A stretch of DNA of 64,000 bases from Peptoniphilaceae bacterium (GTDB taxonomy: Bacteria > Bacillota > Clostridia > Tissierellales > Peptoniphilaceae): positions 1,926 through 65,925 of the forward strand of contig JASLJE010000001.1 of NCBI GenBank assembly GCA_030152565.1, given 5' to 3'. This document shows positions 51,475 to 61,674 of the stretch, one piece after another. The notes beneath the pieces are model-generated. The model did not search any database, had not been told where the DNA came from, and saw only the letters and a list, made by a program, of their open reading frames with translations. How positions within the stretch are numbered: the first letter of the stretch is position 1; the number at the start of each line of letters is the position of its first letter. Made by a program: the position numbers and the translations under genes.

Positions 51475-52213
51475 GGACTCTGGCAAGAAGGAAGATGAGA
51501 GAACGGGTAAAAATGAAAATCTAATCCAGTCCTTTAATAATGCTGTTCACGGCTTATTAAGTGCTGTTAATGTGGAAAAAAATATGAAGATCCACATTAT
51601 AGCTGCGATTTTTATCATAGCCCTAAGCCTTTTCTTTGACTTTAGCAGGGTGGAAATGGCCATGCTAACCATAACAATTACTATGGTTTTTATGGCTGAA
51701 CTTTTTAATACTGCCATTGAGGAAGTGACGGATTTGGCCAGTGGAGGCAAGTACTCCAAGCTGGCTAAAAATGCCAAGGACATAGCTGCAGGCGGGGTTT
51801 TTATAGCTGCCATAAATGCAGTCTTGGTGGGCTATCTACTCTTCTATAATAGGATCTTGGACCTGTCCAAGACCACCTATAAGAAGATTTGGGCTAATAG
51901 CTCCCACCTGTCCTTTATAACCATAGGCCTGGTCTTGGTCCTAACCCTTCTATTAAAGGGACTTTTCTACAAGGGAAGGGGGACTCCCTTCCAGGGAGGA
52001 ACAGTATCAGGCCATTCGGCCCTGGCCTTTAGCCTGGCTACAATAGGAAGTTTTTTAACAGCAGATGCAAGGCTTCGTTTTATGTTTTATGTTTTAGCCA
52101 TCATAGTGGCTGAGTCCAGACTGGAGGCTAGGATCCACTCTCTAAGCGAAGTGGTCCTGGGGGCTATCTTGGGAGTTATGGTTACCCTAGTAATATTTAT
52201 GAAATTTATATAA
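51467..52213 (+). CDS. Diacylglycerol/undecaprenol kinase (DgkA) fused to a PAP2-family phosphatase domain
   Basis: GTG start 9 nt after AGGAG. The N-terminal ~125 aa are DgkA-like (SFNNAVHGL, EKNMKIH, ELFNTAIE). The C-terminal part carries PAP2-like motifs (KGLFYKGRGTP, SGHS, SRLEARIHSLSE). Confidence 0.7.
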   Translation: MNKDSGKKEDERTGKNENLIQSFNNAVHGLLSAVNVEKNMKIHIIAAIFIIALSLFFDFSRVEMAMLTITITMVFMAELFNTAIEEVTDLASGGKYSKLAKNAKDIAAGGVFIAAINAVLVGYLLFYNRILDLSKTTYKKIWANSSHLSFITIGLVLVLTLLLKGLFYKGRGTPFQGGTVSGHSALAFSLATIGSFLTADARLRFMFYVLAIIVAESRLEARIHSLSEVVLGAILGVMVTLVIFMKFI

Positions 52214-52221
52214 GGAGAAAT

Positions 52222-53109
52222 ATGTTTAAATCAGGATTTGTAACAGTTATAGGAAGGCCCAATGTGGGAAAATCCACATTGTTAAATCAATTAATAGGGG
52301 AGAAAATATCTATTATTTCTGACAAACCACAGACTACTAGAAATAAGATCCACCTAGTTTATACAGATGATAAGATGCAGGCTGTCTTTTTAGACACACC
52401 TGGCATACAAATGCCCAAGAATAAGTTGGGAGACTATATGTTAAATGTTTCAGAGTCAACCTTGGAAGAGGTGGACGTGGTTACCTTTATGGTGGACGTA
52501 AGTGAAGAGATAGGAAAACTAGACTCCTATATATTAGAAAAGTTAAGAAGGGTTAAGACTCCAATCATACTTTTAATCAATAAGATTGACACTATAGAAG
52601 ATGAGGAAGTAAACAAATTAATTGATAAATATTTGCAACTTAATATGTTTCACAGTATAATACCTATTTCTGCCAAGGATGATGACAACCTGAATATTTA
52701 CATGGAAACCCTTTATGATATTTTTGAAGAAGGACCTATGTATTATCCAGAAGATATGATAACAGACCAACCAGAAAGAAATATTATATCTGAGATCATC
52801 AGGGAAAAGGCCCTACTTAATCTAGACCAAGAAATACCCCACGGCATCTATGTGGAAATCCAAAAGATTGCCAAGAGGGAGAATAAGGAATTGGTAGATG
52901 TTTTTGTCAATTTATATGTTGAACAAGAATCCCACAAGGGCATGGTCATAGGCAAGCAAGGCCAGATGTTAAATAAGATAGGTTCCCAGGCTAGAAAGGA
53001 TATAGAAAGACTTTTAGACACCAGGGTAAACTTGAAGATTTGGGTTAAGGTTGCTAAGAATTGGAGAAAGAAAGAGGCAAGGGTGAAGGACTTTGGATAT
53101 AGATACTAG
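52222..53109 (+). CDS. era: GTPase Era
   Basis: G1 GRPNVGKST, DTPG, NKID and a C-terminal KH domain. Confidence 0.95.
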   Translation: MFKSGFVTVIGRPNVGKSTLLNQLIGEKISIISDKPQTTRNKIHLVYTDDKMQAVFLDTPGIQMPKNKLGDYMLNVSESTLEEVDVVTFMVDVSEEIGKLDSYILEKLRRVKTPIILLINKIDTIEDEEVNKLIDKYLQLNMFHSIIPISAKDDDNLNIYMETLYDIFEEGPMYYPEDMITDQPERNIISEIIREKALLNLDQEIPHGIYVEIQKIAKRENKELVDVFVNLYVEQESHKGMVIGKQGQMLNKIGSQARKDIERLLDTRVNLKIWVKVAKNWRKKEARVKDFGYRY

Positions 53110-53854
53110 TCTTTTGCAGGACTTGGAAGGCTATGTAATTTATAGCCTGGACTATAAGGAAACCAGTAAGATAATTAAGATTTTTACCAGAGATTTAGGC
53201 CTTATATCAGTCATGGCTAGAGGGGCTAAAAGTCCCAAGTCCAAAAAGATGAACCTGACCTCTCTTTATTGTAAGGGAAGGTTCAACCTAAAAAAGTCTA
53301 AGAATATGTACTATCTTATAGATGGGGAAATTATCAATGCCAATCTAGGCCTTAGAGGGTCTATTAAGGATCTTTACTACAGCCAAGTATTTTCAGAGAT
53401 AATCCTAAAAACCGTCTATGAGAATATGGACAATGAAGATTTATATGACTTTTATGACAAAACATTAACAAGTATAGATAAGATAGAAAATAAGGAAGTG
53501 CTCCTGTCCATGTTTCTTATAAAGTATGCTGCCATGCTAGGCTATAGACCCAGCTTGGGCCAGTGTATAAACTGCGGCCAGGACAGGTTTAAAAGAGTCT
53601 ACTTTAATATAGACTATGGGGGAGTTATCTGCCAGGATTGTTATGGACTTCTGCCAGGCCTAGGCCTGACTGAGAAGGAGTACCACTACCTGGTAAGTGT
53701 CCTTTATGAGAAGATAGAAAAGGCGGATGACCTAGAATTGGAAGAGGCCAGTCTGGAGAAAATCAACAGGCTGCTCTTGAGATTTTTAATAGATAAAACA
53801 GAGATAAAAAAGCTTAATTCATGGGGCTTTTTAGACAAGTTAAAATTGCTATAG
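53093..53854 (+). CDS. recO: DNA repair protein RecO (start codon uncertain: TTG 53093 or TTG 53114)
   Basis: 253 aa. OB-fold N terminus and a zinc-finger-like CINCG...CQDC. Conserved position after era. Confidence 0.85.
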   Translation: MDIDTSLLQDLEGYVIYSLDYKETSKIIKIFTRDLGLISVMARGAKSPKSKKMNLTSLYCKGRFNLKKSKNMYYLIDGEIINANLGLRGSIKDLYYSQVFSEIILKTVYENMDNEDLYDFYDKTLTSIDKIENKEVLLSMFLIKYAAMLGYRPSLGQCINCGQDRFKRVYFNIDYGGVICQDCYGLLPGLGLTEKEYHYLVSVLYEKIEKADDLELEEASLEKINRLLLRFLIDKTEIKKLNSWGFLDKLKLL

Positions 53855-53855
53855 A

Positions 53856-53884
53856 TTGACATCTTGGCCGTATTTTGGTAGATT
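53856..53884 (+). promoter_or_regulatory. Candidate glyQS promoter
   Basis: TTGACA, 17-nt spacer ending in TGg, then TAGATT (extended -10 type). Confidence 0.5.
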
Positions 53885-53916
53885 TATAGAAGTGAAAAAC
53901 GGAATTGGAGGAAGTT

Positions 53917-54789
53917 ATGTATTTTCAAGAAATGATTGAAAAATTAAAAGAATACTGGTCCGATAAGGGCGCATTAGTTTTAGAACCATACGATATTGAG
54001 AAGGGTGCAGGGACCATGAATCCCCATACTTTTTTAAGATCTTTAGGCCCTGAACCTTGGAAGGTTGTATATGTGGAACCTTCAAGAAGACCAGCAGATG
54101 GTAGATACGGTGAAAATCCAAACAGACTATATCAACACCATCAACTTCAAATAATATTAAAACCTACTCCAGATAATATACAAGATATATATTTGGAATC
54201 CCTAAGAGTAATAGGTATAGACCCAACCATCCACGACATTAGATTCGTAGAAGACAACTGGGAGTCACCGACTCTTGGAGCCTGGGGAGTGGGCTGGGAA
54301 GTATGGCTTGATGGAATGGAAATTACTCAATTTACATATTTTCAACAAGTCGGAGGAATTCCTTTGGATATAGAGTCTGGGGAAATAACCATGGGACTTG
54401 AAAGAATTGCCATGTACTTACAAAATGTGGACAATGTTTATGATATTAAATGGAATGAAAATGTAAAGTACCAAGACATTTTCCAAATGGCAGAATATGA
54501 AAATTCCGTTTATAGTTTCGAAGAAGCTGACGTGACCATGTTGGCCCATCTTTTTGATGTTTATGAAAAAGAAGCCAAGAGGGTTATAGACAAGAAGTTG
54601 GTTATGCCAGCCTATGATTATGTTCTTAAATGTTCTCACACATTCAATGTATTGGACTCTAGAGGGGCTATTTCAGTGTCTGAGAGAAACCATTATATAC
54701 AAAGAGTTAGAAATTTAGCTAGAAGAGTAGCAGAAGAATATATAGAAAAACGTAGAGAACTTGGCTTTCCGCTACTAAAGGAGGATTAA
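53917..54789 (+). CDS. glyQ: Glycine--tRNA ligase alpha subunit
   Basis: [14 protein letters not shown]... and highly conserved GlyQ sequence. ATG 53917 follows GGAGGA. The listed ORF starts at TTG 53905. Confidence 0.96.
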   Translation: MYFQEMIEKLKEYWSDKGALVLEPYDIEKGAGTMNPHTFLRSLGPEPWKVVYVEPSRRPADGRYGENPNRLYQHHQLQIILKPTPDNIQDIYLESLRVIGIDPTIHDIRFVEDNWESPTLGAWGVGWEVWLDGMEITQFTYFQQVGGIPLDIESGEITMGLERIAMYLQNVDNVYDIKWNENVKYQDIFQMAEYENSVYSFEEADVTMLAHLFDVYEKEAKRVIDKKLVMPAYDYVLKCSHTFNVLDSRGAISVSERNHYIQRVRNLARRVAEEYIEKRRELGFPLLKED

Positions 54790-54790
54790 T

Positions 54791-56866
54791 TTGAATAGAT
54801 ATTTATTGGAAATAGGAGTTGAAGAATTTCCTGCTAAGTATATTGATTCAACTAAAAATCAAATTGTAGAAGGAATAAATAAACTATTAAGAGAAGAAAA
54901 TTATGAATTTGATAAGATCACTATCAATAGCACACCTAGAAGGTTTGCTGTCCTAGTGGAAGGCATCGATTCAAACGCTGAAAACTCAGTGGAAAAGGTA
55001 AAGGGACCTGCTAAGAAGATAGCCTATGACCAAGATGGAAATCCATCCAAGGCCCTTCAAGGTTTCATGAGAAGTAAGAAGATAAGTGAAGAAGACATAA
55101 GCCTGGAAGAACTAAATGGGGAAGAGTATGTTTACGCATCAATTAAAAATGAAGCTAAACCCTTGGACCAAGTTCTTGTAAAGGGCATACCAAGTGTTAT
55201 AAGAAATATATCCAATCCAAAGGCTATGAAGTGGGGTGGTAAGAACCTGAGATTCCTAAGACCTATCAGGTGGATTGTTTCCTTATTAAATGATGAAGTT
55301 TTAGAATTTGACTTGGAAAAAATCAGTGTTTCAAATGTGACCAAGGGCCATAGGTTCCTTGGATCATCAGAAATAGTTATAGATAAGATTGACGATTACG
55401 AAAGACTTTTAGAAGAAAACTTTGTAATTGTAGACGAAGAAAAGAGAAAAAATATTATAGTTAGGGGCATTAACAAGTTGGCCAAGGCCAATGGAGGAAA
55501 TGTGATGATGGACCAGGACCTTCTTCATGAAGTAGTTCATATCAACGAATACCCAACTCCTTTTATAGGTGGATTTGATCCAGAATACTTGGAACTTCCT
55601 AAGGAAGTTATCATAACTCCTATGAAGGACCATCAAAGGTATTTCCCTATACTAGATGATGACAATAGACTACTTCCTTACTTTATCTCTGTGAGAAATG
55701 GGGATGACAAGGGAATAGAAAATGTATCCAAGGGAAATGAAAAAGTTTTGGTTGCCAGATTGGAAGATGCTAAATTCTTCTATAATCAAGACATGGCAAG
55801 ACCTTTAGAAGACTACGTAGAAGACTTAAAGTCTCTAGGCTACCATGAAAACCTAGGATCCATGTATGACAAGACCCAAAGATTGGAAAAATTAGTTAAG
55901 TCTATAGGCTCCCTATTGGAAGCTGGAGATGACGCTATTAAACTTGCTTCTAGAGCAGCTTACTTATCCAAGGCAGACCTTGTTACCAAGACTGTAATAG
56001 AATTTACAGAGTTACAAGGAACTATGGGTAGGATTTATGCTGAAAAGGCCAAGGAAAACTCAATAGTTGCCAAGGCTATAGAAGAACAATATATGCCTAG
56101 ACAGGCCAAGGGAGAACTTCCTAAGACAACTGCTGGAGTTATGCTATCCATAGTGGATAAGTTAGACAGTATTTGTGGACTACACGCCCTGGACATTCAA
56201 GTTACAGGTTCCCAAGACCCTTATGGACAAAGAAGGGCTGCCCTAGGTATAATAAATATTTTGATAGACAATAAGATGAGTATAGACCTAAGACCTTTAA
56301 TCAGGGACTGTCTATATAACTTTGTAGAAGGCTTTGGCCTGGACTTTTCCTATGAGGAAATCAGCCAAAATATAATTGTCTTTATCAAGAGTAGACTTAG
56401 AAATAAATTAATTGAGGACGGCTATAGGTATGATATTATAGACTCAGTCCTAGAACAAGAAAATATTGATATATATGAAATGTATTTAAAGGTTAGGGAC
56501 CTATCAGACTTTATCGACTCTAAAGAAGATGCTGATGAAATCCTAACAGGATTTATCAGGGTAAATAATATTACCAAGGACTTTGAAGATGGAGAAATTC
56601 ATACTGAAGTCTTAGAAGAAAGTGACCTTAAGGTACTAGGACTAAATACAGACTTGGAAGAAATAGACAAGCTTATCTTTATAGGCGACTATAAGAAAAC
56701 CCTAGACTACTTAGATAAAATTATGGTTACCCTAAATGATTACTTGGATAATACTATGATAAATGTGGAAGATGAAAAATTGAAAAACAGTAGATTGAAA
56801 TTGGTTAAGAATGTGGGAGATAGGATCCTAGCCATCTTTAATCCTAAGACCATAGTTAGAAAATAA
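54791..56866 (+). CDS. glyS: Glycine--tRNA ligase beta subunit
   Basis: 691 aa with a TTG start. N terminus LLEIGVEEFPAKY is typical of GlyS. Confidence 0.94.
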   Translation: MNRYLLEIGVEEFPAKYIDSTKNQIVEGINKLLREENYEFDKITINSTPRRFAVLVEGIDSNAENSVEKVKGPAKKIAYDQDGNPSKALQGFMRSKKISEEDISLEELNGEEYVYASIKNEAKPLDQVLVKGIPSVIRNISNPKAMKWGGKNLRFLRPIRWIVSLLNDEVLEFDLEKISVSNVTKGHRFLGSSEIVIDKIDDYERLLEENFVIVDEEKRKNIIVRGINKLAKANGGNVMMDQDLLHEVVHINEYPTPFIGGFDPEYLELPKEVIITPMKDHQRYFPILDDDNRLLPYFISVRNGDDKGIENVSKGNEKVLVARLEDAKFFYNQDMARPLEDYVEDLKSLGYHENLGSMYDKTQRLEKLVKSIGSLLEAGDDAIKLASRAAYLSKADLVTKTVIEFTELQGTMGRIYAEKAKENSIVAKAIEEQYMPRQAKGELPKTTAGVMLSIVDKLDSICGLHALDIQVTGSQDPYGQRRAALGIINILIDNKMSIDLRPLIRDCLYNFVEGFGLDFSYEEISQNIIVFIKSRLRNKLIEDGYRYDIIDSVLEQENIDIYEMYLKVRDLSDFIDSKEDADEILTGFIRVNNITKDFEDGEIHTEVLEESDLKVLGLNTDLEEIDKLIFIGDYKKTLDYLDKIMVTLNDYLDNTMINVEDEKLKNSRLKLVKNVGDRILAIFNPKTIVRK

Positions 56867-56876
56867 GGAGGATAAT

Positions 56877-57680
56877 ATGTTGGATATATATGTTGTTTCA
56901 GATTCAACAGGAGAAACAGCCTATCAATACGCCAATTCTATAATTATCCAATTTCCAGATTTAGAGTTTAGAGACTTTAGATATTCTAATGTAAAATCGA
57001 CTGAACAGGTGGATGAATTATTTAATAGTATTGAGAGACAATCAATAATAATTATGACCATGGTCCTGGAAGATATTAGGGAGTATCTTCTAGACCAGGC
57101 TGAGAAAAATCAAGTTAAAGTAATAGACATGTTGGGAGGCCCCCTATCTATGATCGAGGAAATAACTGGTAAAAAAGCCCTTAGGCTACCAGGTTTGATG
57201 AGGGGCTTGGATTCAGATTACTTTGATAAGATGGAATCAATAGAGTTTGCCATCAAGTACGATGACGGCAAGGATGAAAGAGGGCTCTTAAAGGCCGACA
57301 TAGTTTTGGTGGGAGTGTCTAGAACATCTAAGACCCCCCTATCCATGCTTTTAGCCAATAAGAACTACAAGGTGGCCAACCTTCCCCTGGTTCCAGAAAT
57401 AGACCTACCAGACTCTCTTTTCCAGGTGGACAAGAATAAGATTGTTGGTCTTATCATAGATCCTGACAACTTAAACTCCATCAGGGAGGATAGAATTAAG
57501 GCCCTGGGCCTATCAGAAGCCTCAGACTATGCCAAGAAGGATAGGATAAGAGATGAATTAGTCTATGCTAGAAAGGTTTTTGACAGGATAGGCTGTGAGG
57601 TAATAGATGTAACTGGATCTACCATAGAAGAGACAGCCACCAAGGTTATATCCATAATTGATAAGAAACAAAGCAAGTAA
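56877..57680 (+). CDS. Pyruvate,phosphate dikinase / PEP synthase regulatory protein (bifunctional kinase-pyrophosphorylase, DUF299)
   Basis: 267 aa. VVSDSTGETA N terminus and P-loop GVSRTSKTP. Same position as B. subtilis yqfL. Confidence 0.85.
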   Translation: MLDIYVVSDSTGETAYQYANSIIIQFPDLEFRDFRYSNVKSTEQVDELFNSIERQSIIIMTMVLEDIREYLLDQAEKNQVKVIDMLGGPLSMIEEITGKKALRLPGLMRGLDSDYFDKMESIEFAIKYDDGKDERGLLKADIVLVGVSRTSKTPLSMLLANKNYKVANLPLVPEIDLPDSLFQVDKNKIVGLIIDPDNLNSIREDRIKALGLSEASDYAKKDRIRDELVYARKVFDRIGCEVIDVTGSTIEETATKVISIIDKKQSK

Positions 57681-57744
57681 TCTTTACTTGCTTGTTTGCA
57701 CTTATAAATAAATGGGTAAATAGCTATAATGTAGAGGTGTGTAT

Positions 57745-59526
57745 ATGGGATTTATTCCAGAAGATCAAATTGCTAGATTAAAAGATTCTTTAGATATAGT
57801 AGATATCGTTTCCGAATATGTCAACTTAAAAAGGACTGGATCCAGCTATAAGGGCCTGTGTCCCTTCCATAATGAAAAGACGCCCTCCTTTACTGTTAGC
57901 AGGGAAAGGGGCAATTTTCATTGTTTTGGTTGTCATGAAGGAGGAGACCTTATCTCTTTTATTATGAAGATAGAAAATCTTTCCTACCTAGAGGCCATCA
58001 GGTTTTTAGCGGACAAGAGCGGTTTTGTCCTAACTGAAAAGGCCTATAATAAGGAAAAACAAGACAAGAGAAATAGGCTCTATAAGATTAATGAGCTGGT
58101 TATGAAGTATTACTTTAAGAGTTTTTTGACCAATAAGAGACCCCAGACCTACTTACTTAATAGGGGCTTTGATAGGGGGATAATGAACACCTTCTTTCTA
58201 GGCTATGCAGATGGGGAAAATGACAGTCTCTATAGGTTTTTAAAGTCTAGAAATATAAGTGAAGAAGAAATGATAGAATTGGGTTTTATTGCTAAATCAA
58301 ATAATTCTCCATCTTACTATGACAAGTTTAGAAACAGACTAATGTTTCCCATAGTAGACAATAAGAAGAGGATTATAGGCTTTGGCGGTCGAACCATAAT
58401 AGATCACAAGATTAAGTATATAAACTCCCCTGAGTCGGAAATTTTTATCAAGGGAGATAATTTATATGGAATAAACATAGTACAAAAAAATAGAAATAAG
58501 GACAATATAATACTGGTTGAAGGCTATATGGATGTGATAGGCCTCTACAATGAGGGGATAAACTTTTCTGTAGCCAGTCTGGGAACGGCACTTACTGAAA
58601 ATCAAGCAAAGCTGGTAAAGAGATATGGAAGAAATATTTACATAGCCTATGATTCTGATGAAGCCGGAATAAAGGCCACATTGAGAGCTATTGAAATTTT
58701 TGATAAGATAGATTGTCAACTAGGTATTATAGAAATGCCCACTGGGATGGACCCAGATGAATATATAGGGGAATATGGCAGGGAGGCCTTTTTTGGTCTG
58801 ATGAAAAATGCCAAGAAACCCTTGGACTTTCAATTGGACCTACTCCTTAGAAAATCCTTGGACAAGCTGGATTTAATTGACCAGGTGACAGAGTTTTTAG
58901 CCCAAATAGATAGAAATGTCATAAGGGATGAATATATAGACAAGGCTGCCAAGCTTTTGGATATATCAGGAGATTCTCTTAAAAAAGACGTCTATAGGGA
59001 AGTTGAAACTAGGGAGGGCCAGGAGAAAAAGAAAGCTGGCTATAGGTCATATGACAAAAGTGGGTATAGAGATAATAAGATAGAAAACAAGACCATGGTA
59101 AAAAGACCAGATGTTAGCTATCTCTTAGAGCTGGAACTTATAGAAAAGTCCCTCTATAGTAGAAGGCTGTATGACTTGCTAAAAGAGGAAGCCTTTAGCT
59201 TCATAGAAAACAGAGACCTGGCAAGGATATATGGATGGATAGCAGAAAAATACGATGGACTTGATAGGATAGATAAGGAAGAATTCTTTTCATACTTAAA
59301 GGATAATTTTGACCAGGCATTTTTGGATAGGATCTTGAACTACCTGGTATGGGAAGAAGATGAAGAGGATGGAGACTCCCTGGCTAGTGAACTTTTGGCC
59401 AGAATAGAAAAAAATAAATTGGAGTCTAGAAGAGATGAAATCATGCTCTTATTAAAAGAAGAAGGAAGCAACAAATTAGAATTGACCATGGAATTGACAG
59501 ATATTCTAAAAAGATTAACTCAGTAA
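57745..59526 (+). CDS. dnaG: DNA primase
   Basis: Zinc finger CPFHNEKTPSF...CFGC and Toprim (EGYMDV, DSDEAG). ATG 57745. The listed start at 57739 is a GTG. Confidence 0.95.
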   Translation: MGFIPEDQIARLKDSLDIVDIVSEYVNLKRTGSSYKGLCPFHNEKTPSFTVSRERGNFHCFGCHEGGDLISFIMKIENLSYLEAIRFLADKSGFVLTEKAYNKEKQDKRNRLYKINELVMKYYFKSFLTNKRPQTYLLNRGFDRGIMNTFFLGYADGENDSLYRFLKSRNISEEEMIELGFIAKSNNSPSYYDKFRNRLMFPIVDNKKRIIGFGGRTIIDHKIKYINSPESEIFIKGDNLYGINIVQKNRNKDNIILVEGYMDVIGLYNEGINFSVASLGTALTENQAKLVKRYGRNIYIAYDSDEAGIKATLRAIEIFDKIDCQLGIIEMPTGMDPDEYIGEYGREAFFGLMKNAKKPLDFQLDLLLRKSLDKLDLIDQVTEFLAQIDRNVIRDEYIDKAAKLLDISGDSLKKDVYREVETREGQEKKKAGYRSYDKSGYRDNKIENKTMVKRPDVSYLLELELIEKSLYSRRLYDLLKEEAFSFIENRDLARIYGWIAEKYDGLDRIDKEEFFSYLKDNFDQAFLDRILNYLVWEEDEEDGDSLASELLARIEKNKLESRRDEIMLLLKEEGSNKLELTMELTDILKRLTQ

Positions 59527-59538
59527 GGGGGATATTTT

Positions 59539-61632
59539 ATGGCAGGACAAAATATAGACATGGATGACATTAAGTTATCTATAGTGGAAGAGGCTAAGAA
59601 ATTAGTATCAGAAGAACAAACCATCTTGCAATCACAATTAGAAAAAATAGAAGGTTACAATACATTAGAAGAAGAAGACTTAGAAGTTATAGAAAAGAGT
59701 TTGGAAAAACTTGAAATAGAGGTTATAAAAAAAGAAATCATTGACAGGCCTGAAAAGGAATTTAGTGAGGAAGACTTGGAAGATCTAAATGAAGATGATG
59801 AAGAGGAAGATGACAAGGAAGAAGAAGTTGAAAAAATAGAAGACCTATCAGACATTAAGGGGGCCTTTGTAGATGACCCGGTAAAAATGTATTTAAAAGA
59901 GATAGGTAAGATAAAACTTTTATCTGCCGATGAGGAAATTCTTTTTGCCAAGCAAATGGAAGATGGTGAAATCGCCAGAAAAATCCTAAATGGTCAAAGA
60001 CTATCTGTAAAAGAAGATATAGAAATGGCCAAGTATCAATTCTATGGACAAAATGCAGATTTTTTATTAAACCTTTTTAAAAAGTTGGAAAAAGAAGGGG
60101 TTGAAGCTGTAAATACAGAAGACAAGACCAGACTTAACTTTATCATTAACTTTATGGAAATCCTTCAAAAGAATAAAAGATATAACTTTAAGGAAACCCA
60201 AGCTACCCAACTTAGGATTTTAGACCTATTAAATACTCTTATCTATAAGAGATTAAATGTGGTTTATTTAAAAGACGGCAAGATGGAGGATTTATCCTTT
60301 GCTATAGCAGCAACCAGGTCTATTTTAAACCACCTATTGGACAATAAGATAAGTATCTTCAAGGAAGAGATAGAAGAAGACGATACTAGGGTAGATATTT
60401 TTGATTATATTATGGAAAATAGCGACAAGGTAGAAGCTGCTATTAAATCAACCCTGGCCAAGGAAGAAGATCCTGAATATAAGTTAATTGATATTTTCAA
60501 TGAACTAGAAATTCCTAAGTTAAGTGATGAAGATAAGATTAGCAAGGACCAAAGATTTGAAATCCTTCAAGACTATGTAAGAGTGGATGTAATCCTAAGA
60601 CAGGTCTTTGACAATGAGGAAAAGAAACTATTAGTTATAGAAAAAGATAGGTTTAATTTACTTATGATCTGTACCTACAAGGCTCTTATGATCTTAACTC
60701 CAGAATATTTCTCAGACCAAGAGTTTGAACAGTTGAAAAAAGACTTTAATATAGACTCAGAAGAAGACATTCAATTGACCAATAAAAATATTGAGCTTTT
60801 GGAAAAAATGTCTGAAGAAGGAAGAATAAGAGACAAGATCATCAGGGGAGAAGAACTTGATGAAGATGATATAAAGACTTTAAACAAGCAGGTTAGAAGG
60901 GGAAATAGGGCCAAGAGTAAGCTGGCTGAAACCAACCTAAGACTTGTTGTATCCATAGCTAAAAGATATGTGGGCAGGGGCATGTCCTTCTTGGACTTAA
61001 TCCAAGAAGGTAACCTGGGACTTATGAAGGCTGTTGAAAAGTTTGACTACCAAAGGGGCTTTAAGTTCTCAACCTATGCAACTTGGTGGATTAGACAGGC
61101 CATAACTAGGGCCATAGCTGACCAAGCTAGGACTATAAGAATACCAGTACACATGGTTGAGACCATAAACAAGCTGGTAAGGGTTCAAAGACAATTACTT
61201 CAAGAATTGGGTAGAAACCCAACCAATGAAGAAATAGCTAAGGAAATGAATATAGACGTGGAAAAGGTTAGGGAAGTTAGAAAGATAGCCCAAGAACCAG
61301 TGTCTCTAGAAGCTCCAATCGGGGAAGAGGACGACAGTCACTTGGGAGATTTTATCGAAGATGAAAAGGCCCTAGCACCAGATGAGGCAGCCAACCAAAC
61401 CATGTTGAGAGAACAGTTGGAAGAAATCTTAGATACCCTATCAGACAGGGAAAAGAGGGTTCTAGAATTGAGATTTGGTTTAAATGATGGAGTTCCTAAG
61501 ACCTTGGAAGATGTAGGTAAGGAATTTAATGTAACCAGAGAACGTATAAGACAAATTGAAGCCAAGGCCATAAGAAAACTAAAAAGACCAGGCAAGGGCG
61601 ATAAAATAAAAGATTATTTAGAAAGTTTCTAA
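59539..61632 (+). CDS. sigA: Primary RNA polymerase sigma factor (SigA/RpoD) with a large insertion
   Basis: 697 aa. Region 1.2 [22 protein letters not shown]. Regions 2-4 are nearly identical to B. subtilis SigA ([58 protein letters not shown]). About 310 extra aa lie between regions 1.2 and 2. Confidence 0.95.
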   Translation: MAGQNIDMDDIKLSIVEEAKKLVSEEQTILQSQLEKIEGYNTLEEEDLEVIEKSLEKLEIEVIKKEIIDRPEKEFSEEDLEDLNEDDEEEDDKEEEVEKIEDLSDIKGAFVDDPVKMYLKEIGKIKLLSADEEILFAKQMEDGEIARKILNGQRLSVKEDIEMAKYQFYGQNADFLLNLFKKLEKEGVEAVNTEDKTRLNFIINFMEILQKNKRYNFKETQATQLRILDLLNTLIYKRLNVVYLKDGKMEDLSFAIAATRSILNHLLDNKISIFKEEIEEDDTRVDIFDYIMENSDKVEAAIKSTLAKEEDPEYKLIDIFNELEIPKLSDEDKISKDQRFEILQDYVRVDVILRQVFDNEEKKLLVIEKDRFNLLMICTYKALMILTPEYFSDQEFEQLKKDFNIDSEEDIQLTNKNIELLEKMSEEGRIRDKIIRGEELDEDDIKTLNKQVRRGNRAKSKLAETNLRLVVSIAKRYVGRGMSFLDLIQEGNLGLMKAVEKFDYQRGFKFSTYATWWIRQAITRAIADQARTIRIPVHMVETINKLVRVQRQLLQELGRNPTNEEIAKEMNIDVEKVREVRKIAQEPVSLEAPIGEEDDSHLGDFIEDEKALAPDEAANQTMLREQLEEILDTLSDREKRVLELRFGLNDGVPKTLEDVGKEFNVTRERIRQIEAKAIRKLKRPGKGDKIKDYLESF

Positions 61633-61635
61633 AGG

Positions 61636-61662
61636 GGCTGTCTCTATTGAGACAGTCTTTTT
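61636..61662 (+). terminator. Intrinsic terminator after sigA
   Basis: GGCTGTCTC-TATT-GAGACAGTC followed by TTTTT. Confidence 0.85.
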
Positions 61663-61674
61663 ATAAGGGGAGTT

